From contig OX597831.1 of NCBI GenBank assembly GCA_951406725.2, positions 5,952,001 to 6,016,000 of the forward strand: a stretch of 64,000 nt of DNA. Direction: 5' to 3'. The stretch is from Octopus vulgaris. Taxonomy: Eukaryota. Positions 50,345 through 63,415 of this stretch are shown here, piece by piece (the stretch's first letter is position 1; every line of letters begins with the position of its first letter). A program made the position numbers and the translations under genes. The notes beneath the pieces are model-generated. The model was not told the origin of the DNA, ran no database searches, and saw only the letters and a program-made list of their open reading frames with translations.

Positions 50345-50639
50345 CATACTTAAATTAACTCAATTCAAAAACTAAATACATCTACGATTATTTCAAAGTT
50401 TTCGCTGGAGATATTTTAGAAAGTAGATGCACGTCTCTCTTGACAAAAAGTTAAATATACATTACAAGATGTAGAAATGTATGACAGTCAAAATAAATTT
50501 TGAATTTAGACGTAAGTATTTCGTTTCGGTTATTCTGTATAGCCAAATTATTTTTGTATATTCCCCATTATTGTTGGTTTCATTTTAATTGACGCCGCTT
50601 TTTGCAAGGATTACCATTTTCTTTTAAATTTTTAACATC

Positions 50640-52064
50640 ATGTCACCACGCGGGAGGCGATTAAGCCCCAAAACTTTATGCACCGATATCGTTGACGATG
50701 AAAAAACTATTCGCGAGTCTTGGACATTTTGTGAACTCGTTCAACATATTTCGACAAATGATAAAGCAATTGAATGGTTGGCGAAATATAAGCTTATAAG
50801 CAATTCTGTTACATGTCCAGCTTGTGGGAACCCGTGTACGATTATCGGCTATAAGCAAGGAATTGACGGGAAACGATGGAGATGCCCGAATCATAATTTC
50901 TCTCGATCAATTCGTAAAGGATCCGTGTTCGAGAACAGTCGTCTCTCGCTGACAACATTCACATGGCTTATGTATATGTGGTCGAGGGATTATCTGCTTT
51001 TCGAAATGGCCCATGAGACAAACGTTTGTATGAAGTCGATTATTGATCTGATCCGACTGGTCCGAGAACTATTAGAACGGTTCCTGGAAGATCATCCGGC
51101 AGAATTAGGTGATGTCCCACCCGAGATTGGAGGGTTCGATTTAGAGACAGGTGAACCCAAAATCGTTGAAATAGATGTAACAAAATTTGTTAAATCTAAA
51201 CGCAATGAAAAGAAACATGCGAAAGAATTTTGGGTTTTTGGTGGAATCGAACGGGGAAGTGAGAAATGCTTTCTAGTACCGATTGAGTATCAAAATAAAG
51301 AAGCTTTCGAAGCTGCGATTATCCGATGGATTTTACCAGGTATGGTTTAGAAAATCCGGTTTCTCTTTTATTTGTATCATCTTCAATCTGTTTTTAAATT
51401 TGGCTTCACAGGGACCATTCTTTACCCCTCCCCTTTAATTACACCTGTCGTTCTTTAGTTTTAACGCCAATGGCTCGTTAATATCTGTGGTGTGTTAAAC
51501 TTACAGGAAGTTAGTATCATTAAAGCCAATGGTCATATCTGGCGGGTTGGTACTAAGTACCAACGCACCTGTGATCACCCTTCTAAGATACAAACTTCTT
51601 GTTTTAAAGTTATCTAAATTCTTCCATCAAAATCTCTTGTGAATTTATGTTCCATACACCAGCTTGATAATGTTAAGTTTTTTGCTAAATATGATATTTT
51701 CGAAATTATCTAAAGCAAAGGCAATTTATTTCCACAGAAATAACAATAGGGTGTTTTGGCATAAGTACAGATTAGTGCCTCAACTTTTCGTGTAACTTTC
51801 TGAAAAGGGCAACTTTTTAAACGAAACTCTCTAGAAGTATGCTTGGGAGGGTATAAATTACAATTGTTCACACGAAACTATATATTTTATGTATATATGA
51901 ATGAGTATATATACACACACACATATATATCTAAATGTATTTATTATATCAGTCTCTTTTGCCGAACCGCTAAGTTACGGGGACGTAAACACACCAGCAC
52001 TGGTTGTCAAGTGGTGGTAGGGGTCAAACACAAACAAAAAAACACATACATACACGCACATGTG

Positions 52065-52105
<41 letters not shown>

Positions 52106-55100
52106 GGCTTCTTTCAGTGTCTGTCTATCAAATCCACTCCCAATGCTTTGTCAGAGCTGTAGAAGCCATGTACAGTGGTGCTGTCAGTAGGGTGAGTGCC
52201 AGCCATGAGTACAGTGATGAATTTAGTGTACAGGTAGGCGTTCACCAGGACTCAATTCTCAGTCCACTCTTATTCGTCATAGTCCACCAGGCCATAACAG
52301 AGGAATTCAGAACTGGATGCCCATGGGAACTACTATATGCTGACGACCTTGATCTTATTGCAGAATTGGAGAAGATATTCCAGGTATGGAAGCAAAACCT
52401 GGAATCAAAGGACTTTAAAGTTAACCTGGCAAAGACCTAATTTTTTTGTTTACAAGAAAGCAGATAAGACTCTCTTTCCATTAGGTAAACAGCCCTGCTC
52501 AATATGTAGGAAAGGAGTTGGAAGTAATTCCATTCGCTGCATCCAGTGTAAGCTATGGACACATAAGAGGTGCAATAGAATCACAGGTAGATTACCAGAT
52601 AAAGTCATCTTTGTTTGTGGTAGATGTGCAGGAACAATAAGCACTAAGGACACATAGGAATTAGACTCTCTCAAATGCCCAAGTGGCTTTCTTTAGGTTG
52701 TAGATAGTTTCTGTTACCTAGGTAACCAAATTAGCAATGGTGGAGGATGTTCTGAAGGTATTGTTTCTAGAATAAGAATAGGATGGAGGAAATTCAGAGA
52801 GCCATAACCTCCGTTGACAACAAAAGGACTCTCTGGGAGTGAAAGGCAGATTGTACAAACAGCTATACTTTATAGTAGTAAGACATGGGCTCTGAATGCA
52901 AAAGACATGCATAGACTAGAGAGGAATAAAGGTAGTATGCCTTGATGGATGTGCAACATCAGTGTGCATGAACGACGAAGTGCAGATGTGTGGTTTGGAC
53001 ATGTGATGCATATGGATGAAGATAACTGTATAATGAAATGCCTACTACTGAAAGTGGATAGCACATGTGGAGGAGGGAAACCCTGGAAGACATGGGATGA
53101 AGTGGTGAGGACCAATCTCAGGACGTTGGGCCTCACAGAGGAGAGGACAATGGAGTTAGATGTCTGACGAGATGAGGTTCTTGAGAAGACCCACTCACTT
53201 CAACGAAACTGAGTTCTAGTCTCCATTTTTAGGCCTGCATATGTAATTTGAGAGAGATTTGGCTGCTAAATTTAACAAGTGAAGAGACCAAGTAGTGACC
53301 TCATTTATTTACGTACATATACACTCACTGTGCGTGTCCACAATATGTCTTAGTTAAAGGACAGACTTGAGAAAACCTGGAATGTTCCGTCCACTGAGAA
53401 AGTGTTAAGTTTATATTAAATTTCTAAGTTACCTCCCTTACTACGAGTTATCCTCAGCAAACCTTGCATTTTATTTGAAATATTTTGTCTTTTTCTTTTT
53501 TCCAAGAAAAAACTCTGGAACTACTTTCCTGCCCATTTTTTTCTTTTCCCAACAGTCATCATCATTATCGCCATCGTTTAACGTCCGCTTCCCATGCTAG
53601 CATGGGTTGGACGATCTGATCTGGCAGAGTTTCTACAGCTGGATGCCCTTCCTAACGCCAACCACTCCGAGAGTGTAGTGGGTGCTTTTAAATGCCACCT
53701 GCACAAGGGCCAGTCAGGCGGTACTGGCAGTGGCCACGCTCAAATGGTGCAAGAAAAAAAATTGGGTTCCTTATGACCTTTGGGGATCCATGTAAGATTT
53801 TCTTATTAAAATTTATGTGTAATAAATTGATTATATTTCTGAAATGCGCAAAATAGTTTAACACTTTATTTTTTATACAATTGGCGTTAGGAATGGCATC
53901 CAACTGAAGAAACCATACCAAATCAGACTGGAACCAGGTGCAGCTCTCCGACTTACCAGTTCCAGTCAAACCGTCCTACCCATGCCAGCATGGAAAGCAG
54001 ACGCTAAATGATGATGGTGGTGGTTGTGGTGGTGGTGATTATGAATACCTAATGATATTTAATTATAAAATTACAATAGGATTTTTTAAAACATTGAATG
54101 ACTATGGGGGTCCACCTGAGTGAAATAGAAATGAAAAGGGGTCCGTAGGTAAAAAATGGTCAAGAACCCCTGCTCTAGTCCAGTCAGCTGTAAACAAGTA
54201 TCCCTGTGATAGACTGTGTCCTGTTCAAGAAGAATGTTCTGGTTGCGTTCAATATGCCATGGTAACTTGGTAACTGAGACCTGAGACTCTAGACCAGTGG
54301 TTTTCAACCAGGGTCCCACCAGTACAGTCCAGGGGTTCCGCAAGAAGTTACAAAACTGCTAAAATCGGCAGTAATTTTTAATTCTCCTGTGCAGATATGT
54401 GTGCATAAGACTATTAAATTATTGCACAGGGGTTCCTCGAGCCAGTGGAATGTTTCCTTGGCGTTCCGCTCCAGCAAAAAGTTTGAAAAGCACTGCTCTA
54501 GACAGTAATATCCAAGGGGTTGATGATTGTGAGGAATATCTCCTTTTAGATGCCATGTCCAGAATGTAGGACATTGGCACTCATACCCTGCCGTGATTCC
54601 GTGTTCTTTGTTTTCTATAACAGTTTCACTTCCTGATGGTTAATGCCTGTTTCTTCCAACCAGTTTCTCAACTTTGACATCCCTATCATCCTTCACCTTC
54701 TTTTCCTTGTGTTCCCTTCAGTCTTTCTTGTCATCACTAAATTCTCCAGGCCCTCCTTCTTCACCACATGACCAAGAAATCTTAGTTGCTTGGCCCTTGA
54801 CTCACAAAGCAGTTTCCTACGTACAACAGCCCAGTCTCATCACTTCTACATTAGACACTGTCTTTACATGCTAACCTCAATATTTTCCTTACTGCTAGTA
54901 GGGTGCTAAGAGCACCATCCGAGTGGGATCATTGCCAGAGTGGTTAACTGGCTTCCGTGCCAGTGGATTGTAGGAGGCACCATTCGAGTGTGATCATTAC
55001 CAGCATCGCCTTACTGGCACTTGTGCCGTTGGCATGTGTAAACAAATTCGAATGAGGTCATTGCCAGTACCACCTGACTGGCCCCTGTGCCGGTGGCACG

Positions 55101-55815
55101 TAAAAGCACCCACTACACTCTCGGAGTGGTTGGCGTTAGGAAGGGCATCTAACTGTAGAAACTCTGCAGATCAAGACTGGAGCCTGGTGCAGCCATCTGG
55201 TTCGCCAGCCCACAGTCAAACTGTCCAACCCATGCTTGCATGGAAAGTGGACATTAAATGATGATGATGATGATGACGACTACCACATATCCTCTGGATG
55301 GGGAACATAGCCATGCCATTCTCCCCATTGTTTGTGCAATCCCTATAGTGTTGTAGTGAATGTTAACAGCCAAGTTTATGAGCAAGATTTGGTTTTTGTT
55401 TTAATCAGAATCCATTTTCATCTTTGAGTTCTTGGAAAATGTAGGAATGACACAAACCTTCATTTCACATCCTCTATAAATATAAAGGTTCATGACAGCT
55501 TTTTTTGTTTTTCTTTTTTGTCTTGTAGGTACCCTCATTGTGTCTGATATTTGGGCAGAATATCTGGAAATCGATCAAATCCAACAAGGCATATATACTC
55601 ATGAATTAATAGATTATAATGATTCAGAAGACACAGAAATCCACACCAGAAATATAGACAAGTTGTGGATAAGATTAAAAAAACAATTTCAAAGAAAACA
55701 TATCAAATTTCTATTTCAGTCTTTCTTAACGGAATTTACATGGAGAGCTCACTTTAAAAATACCGACAAATTTGCTGCTTTAATTTATTGTATAAAACAT
55801 TTGTATAAAGTTTAA
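50640..55815 (+). CDS. Merlin/IS1595(ISXO2)-like transposase-derived protein, 328 aa, join(50640..51339,55529..55815)
   Basis: Zn ribbon CPAC..WRCPNH, IVEIDVT, WVFGGIERGS, WILPG|TLIVSDIWAEY, HTRNIDKLW, FLTEFTWR. Phase-1 intron CCAG|GTATGG..TTGTAG; probable 5'UTR intron 50512-50608; AATAAA overlapping the stop. Confidence 0.88.
52150..53190 (+). mobile_element. Decayed RTE-clade LINE 3' fragment (RT) inside the Merlin-gene intron
   Basis: VGVHQDSILSPLLFVIV, PWELLYADDL, KVNLAKT, Cys-rich CSIC..CIQC..HKRC, WFGHVMHM, GKPWKTW; several stops and frameshifts. Confidence 0.9.
54295..54495. mobile_element. hAT (Charlie-like) MITE
   Basis: TIRs CAGTGGTTTTCAA / TTGAAAAGCACTG, perfect 8-bp TSD CTCTAGAC. 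Confidence 0.85.
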
Positions 55816-57474
55816 TAAAGTTCTTGTTTTCTTTTTACTTGTAATTACTTTTAACCCATATATACCTCTGGTTGTGTTTTCGCAACGCAAAACCTGCTCT
55901 TACTTGTTTGGACATGAATTCACCAGGAAGCATCTGGCTGAGCTTATGAAATGTTCAGTGGGTGGTCGACACCTGTAGCTAACAGCTGCATACTGTCCTT
56001 CTCCTCCAGGTTGTAAAAGCTTACCATAATGTTTAATCCAAATACAGTGAAATTTTACGACTTCATTTTTTTATGAGCATATATGGGTTAATTGTAGTTA
56101 ACTATCGAGTCTCAGGTCACTTGTGAGATCTCTGATGAGTGCTACATGTAACATGGGATCCAGTACAATCTGCTACATGATCAACTCGCTGGCAACTAAA
56201 TTGGCACTCCTGTTAAGCTTGCCTGGTGAGTAGGATTGCTAGAAACCCAACAGGATTAATAACAAGACCTGTCAAAAGGGGTGCTATGTCTTTTCATCTG
56301 ACGTCCTTTTGTCCAATTTTAGATAAACTCTTCAGAAAACAAGGTGAAATATCTCTAATGATATATTCGCAGAACTATAACAAGCCTTGTTACAAGATTG
56401 TTATTATTGTTCATTTTACTTCTTTTTCTTTCTCTCTCTTAAGTACAGTGCTGTGTATAGAGAGTGCTGCAAATTTTGTGTACACATTTTTAATTTACCC
56501 ATCCCCAAATGACAAAGTTCATAGTATTGACCAAAAGCGAAAGAAAAATAGTTGATGAAAGTAATTACATCTACGATTTTCATTCATTTAAGTGATCATA
56601 ATAAATCATTAATTATATCTAATTACTTTTTAAAATACATTTCCCCCCAATATTTTACTTGAATCCTATCAGTAAAATTCTCAATAATTATTTGATTTTC
56701 CTGTTCACCTTGTTTTCTAAAGAGTTTATTTAAAATTGGACAAAAAAATCATCAGACAAAAATTTATGGGCAAAGTGACATCAGACAAAAAGTCGGGTCA
56801 CAGTCGAAAGGACAGATGAAACTGATGTAGGTTCAACAACTGTCTAGCAATAGCACCATCCCTCAGAAATTATGGGCCGGTGTTTGACATGGTGGGAGAC
56901 CACTGGGAGTGAGGCACCCTTTAGCTTTTGTTACAACATGTCCCTAGAAGCCACTTCAAATGCAGGCTATGTTTTCTCGAATAATCAGTGATAACTTGGT
57001 CAGTGAATCTTCTGCAATGGTCGACAATCGATGCTAAGATCAGCTGTTACAGATTACATTACCCCAAAGTGTGTATGCACGTGATTAGGGACCACATGTG
57101 AACTTGTATCCCCACTAAAACTCTAACCCATAGGTTGGAGTTAGCTCAACCCATCCCAGGTGAATGCCACAAGTACAAGCCAGTTGAACCTCAAAAACAA
57201 TAAACCCACTGCATGGTACCTTGGGCAAGTGTCTTCTGCTGTGGCCCCAGACCATCCAAAACCTTGTGACAGAAACTGAAAGCCTCTTTTACTTTTTTCA
57301 GTCATTTGACTGGAGCACTACCCTTAGTCAAACAAATTGACCCCAGGACTTATTCTTTGTAAGCCTAGTACTTATTCTATCGGTCTCTTTTGCCAAACCG
57401 CTAAGTTATGGGGACATAAACACACCACCATCGGTTTTCAAGCGATGGTGGGGGGGACAAACATATACACACAC

Positions 57475-57522
<48 letters not shown>

Positions 57523-58922
57523 GGCTTCCTTCAGTTTCTGCCTACCAAATTCACTCACAAGGCTTTGGTCGGCCTGAGGCTATAGTAGAAAACACTTGCC
57601 CAAGGTGGAATGAACCTGGAACCATGTGGTTGATAAGCAAGCTACTTACCACACAGCCACTTGTAAACACATTTGCGAAGGATGCCGCTGTACTCTGTCC
57701 CTGAATGCAAGAGTCAATGTCCCATAAGGCTTTGAAGCAGTTCTGTAGGTGTTTTGACCTTTACCCTATGACACCAGAGCTTGCTGGGGGCCACCCACTG
57801 ATATATGACAAAACACTTGCACAACAGCATGAGCTTTGTTGAGTCAGATGTTGCAGCTCTTTTGTTTAATACCAGGCTATTGAACAACCAGCTGTTTCTA
57901 TCACCCTCAGTGCTCCTCTTGAGTCCAATGTAGTAGCTTGGTTCCTTGGTGGCAATGGACAATTTTCTAATGATGGTCTTTTCTCTCCTTCGCACTTTTA
58001 ATTGTAATTAACTTTTAAGCTTCAAAAATACCATACCTACTTAAAGAATATTGGGAAAGTGTCTTATACTATGGCCTTAGGCCAGTCAAAGTCTTGTGTC
58101 TGAAACTGAACAAAGCCCATTGTATGTGTATATGTGTGGATGTGCATGGCTTAGTGGTTAGGGTGTTGGATTCATGATTGTAAGATTGTGGTTTCGAATC
58201 CTGGACTGGGTGACACCTCATGTTCTTGGGCAAGACACTTCATTTCATGTTGCTCCAATCCACTCCCCTGGCAAAAATGAATAATCCTGTGATGGACCAG
58301 TGCCCCATCCAGGTGGGGACAATCAAATGGAAATTGTAGTTGTGGTCCCCATGCTGGTGGCACGTAAAAAAGCAAAATTACGAACATGGTCGATGCCAAC
58401 CCCTTCACCCCGAATGGCTTCTGTGCCGGTGGCACGTAAAATGCACCATCTGAACGTGGCCGATGCCAGCACCGCCTTGACTGTTGTCAACCTGCTTTAA
58501 CTACTAAACTACTCACTACCACTATAGCCTTGTATACTGACTCTATCTGCAAATGAAATCTGTAAGGTCAACACTCACCTTTTATTCTTTTGGACTGGAC
58601 GTTCCAAATCTTTACATTCTGAATTCAAATCCCTTTATGATCTATTTTATCCATTGTTTAATTTGGTGCCTCTAGTGGGGATCTGCTCTATTGCAAGATG
58701 TGGGACCAAGTCTCTCGTCTGATCATACCTTCCTCCTTCGTTTTCTCCCTTAGCATTAAATAGCTCAGCAGTGCATGTATGAATTTTCTGTGGTCGAATC
58801 CTAAACATTAACTTTACTTGTTTTTGAACAATTTTACTGTAGCATAACCTGTTTTATATATATATATATAACCATCCGATTTTCTGAGTACCTCATTTCT
58901 TCTAATATATATATATAAATAA

Positions 58923-59723
58923 CTAGCAGTATCGCCCGGCGTTGCTCGGATTTGTAAGGGAAATAACTGTATAAACATTTTTAAAGAGTTACTTCCCTTA
59001 TATAAACCGAGCAAAAATCATTAAAAATGCACAAAAATTATGGTAAATTTTATTTTAAATCGTAGACTCATCGTAGACGCGCGCTAATACCCAAAAGGGC
59101 TCGATATGAATCACGACTATAAGATACCCGAATTTGGTTAAACTGCACCGCAAAATGTGGGAGTAGTTAGGAATCTAAATCGTAGGAGACAGACACACAA
59201 CTTCATTTTTATATATAACTAGCAGTATCGCCCGGCGATGCTCGGGTTTGTAAGGGAAATAACTATATAAGCATTTTTAGAGAGTTACTTCCCTTATAAA
59301 TTCGGGCTTTCTTAGCCATTTTTGTTTTGGTGTCTTCAAGCCATGAAGTCGTTGTTCTAAAAGAACGCTGGTTTCCTTCACAACGCATTACGACGTTGAT
59401 TTCTTTACACTCCCTTCCCCACAGCTTCACGAGGTAGGGAAGGGGAGAAGCAAACAGGTGCAGCTGTGAGCGTGGACGCCAACTCCGCCGCCATCGACAC
59501 ACGATACATTTTATGCATTAAAATGGAATAAAAAATGATGTTAAATTATTTTTAAAATCGTAGACTCATCGTTGACGCGCGCTAATAGTCAGACGGGCTC
59601 GATATGAATCACGACTATAAGATACCCGAATTTGGTTAAACTGCACCGCAAAATGTGGGAGGAGTTAGGAATCTAAATCGAAGGGGACAGACACTCACAC
59701 AACTAGAGTTTTATATATATAGA
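58923..59723 (-). mobile_element. Two head-to-tail non-autonomous Helitrons
   Basis: Two 3' ends (CTAG plus hairpin) at 58923 and 59219, TC 5' end at 59723; homologous to 8015-8407. Confidence 0.8.
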
Positions 59724-62700
59724 TGATATACTTCACAGTATGGAAAGCAGCGAGCTGGCAAAATGTTCAGTGGCATTTCGTCTGTCTTCATGCTCTGTGT
59801 TCAAATTCCACCAGGATCAACTTTACCTTTCATCCCTTCGTGGTCGATAAAATAAGTATCAGTTGAATACTGGATTGTTGTAACCTCCTTATCCCATCCC
59901 TAAAATTACTGACACTACACTCTCGGAGTGGTTGGCGTTAGGAAGGGCATCCAGCTGTAGAAACTCTGTCAGATCAGATTGGAGCCTGGTGCAGCCATCT
60001 GGCTCGCCAGTCCTCGGTCAAACCGTCCAACCCATGCCAGCTTGGAAAGCGGACATCAAACGATGATTATGTGTGTGTGCACTTTTCTTGACATCATGTG
60101 ATTGCTGTAAATGAGTGTCAGCTTCATACATGCGATGTTATTTATTTCCATCTTCTGTGTAAAAAAAAAAAAGCCTCTGGTTATGGGAAAATACCACTTT
60201 GCTGGAAAACAGGTATAGGCTGACGATTGGAAGGGTATCCAACTGCGTAAAATATGCCTCAATAGATTCCATCTGCTCTATACAAGCATGGAAAAGTGGA
60301 TGATAAATGATGGTGGTGGTGATACATATGATATTATTTGATAATCTCCAGGTTATAGGGTTTCTTGCTTTGATGGTATCGCCGTTGACTTCCTGAAACA
60401 ACAAGTAAAGTTAAGGTTTAGAATTTGGTCAGAAAATTCATACTCGCACTGCTGGCCGTCTTACTGCTAAGGGAAACAACTCTGTCTGGGCTTAATTGGT
60501 CATTTCAATGGTAAAATACTTCGTAATTATAAGAGTATAATTCAAAAAATTCCATGTTCCTGACCCTTAACACAGTTTCTGAGATTGGGACGAAGGTATC
60601 ATTAAATCAGAGATTTGGTACACAGAAATTTTGCAATAGAGCAGACACCGCCACTAGCACCAAATTCAATAATGAATAAAGTAGACTACAAAGAGATTTG
60701 AACTCAGAATGTAAAGAGTTGAAAAATCCGATCCGAAAGGATGAAAGGTAAAGTTGATCTGGGCAGGATTTGGACTCAATGCGAAGAGAGTCGGAACAAA
60801 CACTGTGAAGTATACTGATTTCAAATTTTGGCACAGGGCCAGCAATTTTAGGGGTTGGGTAAGGAGATTGCAACGATCCAGTATTCAACTGATACTTATT
60901 TTATCGACCACGAAGGGATGAAAGGCAATGTTGATCCCGGTGGAATTTGAACACAGAGCACAAAGACAGACGAAATGCCTTCCATACTGTGAAGTATATT
61001 ATCCGATGTTTTAATGACTGCCAATTTGTCGTCTCTTACAGACGAGAAAAATTGTAGTTTCTGCTTTATGCATATTTTCGATAAATCTCTGCCCACTCAC
61101 CCATCAAATCATTCATTCATTCATGAATACATACACACACACATGCATGCATACATACGTACATACATACACACGTACGTACATGCGTGCGTACGTACAC
61201 ACATACATACATACATCCGACGAGCAAGCAGAAACATTAGCACGCCGGGCGAAATGCTTAGCGGCATTTCGTCAGTCTTTACGTTCTGGGTTCAAATTCC
61301 GCCGAGGTCGACTTTGCCTTTCATCCTTTCAGGATCGATTAAATAAGTACCAGTTACGCACTGGGGTCGATATAATCGACTTAATCTCTTTGTCTGTCCT
61401 TCTTTGTCCCCTCTATGTTTAGCCCCTTGTGGGCAATGAAGAAATAACACATACATACATACATACAAGCATGTGTAGATATGCAAGTATATGCATGAGA
61501 ATGCATGCATAAAACAAAACATACAAGTCTGTCCACATACATACAAACAAACAAAAATACCCTGTTGTTGATGTTGAAATTCCAGTGAAGGAGCCTTGGA
61601 TCTAGGTTAGAAACCGGCTCATTCTCTATTGGCAAGAAATCATGAAATAAAACTGAACAATGACATACATGCATTTCGTAAGATTGTGGTTTTGATCCCC
61701 CGAGCAGGCGATGGGTTAGGTTCTTGAGCAAAACACTTCATTTCACTGATATCTAACGTATGGCATACAGTGCATCTGTGCGGGCAATATCAATCTGGTG
61801 GATGTTATTGAATTACGGCTCAAACATTTCATTATTATTATTATAAACCATCTGTGCATGTTGTTGAGCCAGAAATTGAGGAACTCTCATCTGTCGTTGG
61901 AGAGTTCTACATAAATAATGCAGGGAATAATCAGATTGCTGTGATTTTTGGAGGTTTTGTGTGGTTTTTAAAACCCATTTTATAGAATACTGGTTTTGAA
62001 TTAAAAATAAGCCAAGACAAGACGATGCTGCTTAGTTCCAGATCAGTGTGATGTAACAAGCCTATGATCAGAGGGTTACCAGCCAGTTTCTTTCTTTTCT
62101 TTTAAAACATTCCTGCTTTAAGACAGTATGTTGTGATGTGAGGGGATTTGCTCCTTATATTCAGCAGTTCAAGCGACCACATAGACGCATTGTCATGTCT
62201 GTAAAAGTTTTTTTTCTTTTTGAGGTGAGTTGCTTATTGATTTACTGAAACTGGACATATATTTCTTCATTGCCCACAGGGGACAAACAAAGAGATTAAG
62301 TTGATTACATTGACCCCAGTGCGTAACTGGTACTTTATTTATCGACCCCGAAAGGATGAAAGGCAAAGTCAACCTCAGCGCTGGACATTAATATAAGAAG
62401 CAACCTAGTTATTGTTTCCGATTGTATGAAATTTAAATGGGGACACATTACATCTATTACCGGTATCATTCAGGTTGGCGAAAACTGTGAACGGAGCCGC
62501 CTTGGAAGCAGCGTGATTAATTTCAATTAGATTAATTAAATATATCCTGTCTAATAATTAACTCATTAAGGTGATCTTTGATATTTCTGGATAGCATGTT
62601 GATCTACGAGTTTTAGGGTCTATGTTCCATTGCCTGCGTGTCTTATTTCTTCACTAACTACATTACACCATGAACTGGTTTCGTTCCCTAATTTGCTGAA

Positions 62701-63184
62701 CAAATTAAAATGTGTTTTTTTAATGATCTTCAAATTGAAACTCAGTATTTATTGGATTGTGATCACATCTCTTGTTGTACACTTTTCTATCATCCGTTGT
62801 GGACGGCCCTGATTTCTTAGGACTACAAACACACACTAACACACGTTTCTTTCTCAGACATTGGTCTTAAACAGTTTATTTTTTACTTTATTTACACTTG
62901 TACTGAGTGTACCAGATTTCACCAGAGTCATTACATAGTCTATATTTTTCTACCTTACCTAGTACCTGTTAACAATATCCACATTCGTTGATATCAGAAA
63001 TGAAAATATTTTAGTCTACAATACTTGTGCCACCTGGAAAGGACCCCAGGCATTCTAGTAGTAAGCAGAAAACCTATACGTATGGCATATTTTCTACACA
63101 TGTAAACGTAATCTTGTGATATCAGATGGCAAGCTGAACCAGACTACGCTCACAGACATTTCTAAGAATTCCCTTAGAATTAAA

Positions 63185-63415
63185 ATGGAGGATGTGAATT
63201 ACTTGGAGTCTTGTAACAAGAAAACACCCGTTTTCGATAGTGTAGGTTCAGTTACACAGACATGCAGCGGAGAGGAAGCTTTATTTGATAAAATGTTTAT
63301 GAATCAAAGTTCAGTGGAGAAAGAAATTCCTGAATATAACTGTGAGAATTGTAGGAAAGCATTCTCTTCAGAACATGAACTTTTCACACACCAAGAAATA
63401 CACAATAAGAAGAAG
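63185..63415 (+). pseudogene. Paralogue of the 47104-48351 zinc-finger gene, interrupted after finger 1
   Basis: MEDVNYLESCNK..FSSEHELFTHQEIHNKK is highly similar to the first copy. Homology stops at 63414, where repeat sequence begins. It could instead be an exon (AAG|GTGATC). Confidence 0.7.

Noticed and set aside
50640-55815. Bacterial IS1595 contamination or an active transposon
   Set aside because: Spliceosomal intron filled with host repeats, no TIRs seen, altered catalytic motif.
55820-58000. Extra gene in unique-looking sequence (ORFs 56226-56555 and 57714-57995)
   Set aside because: No recognisable motifs or consistent exon chain.
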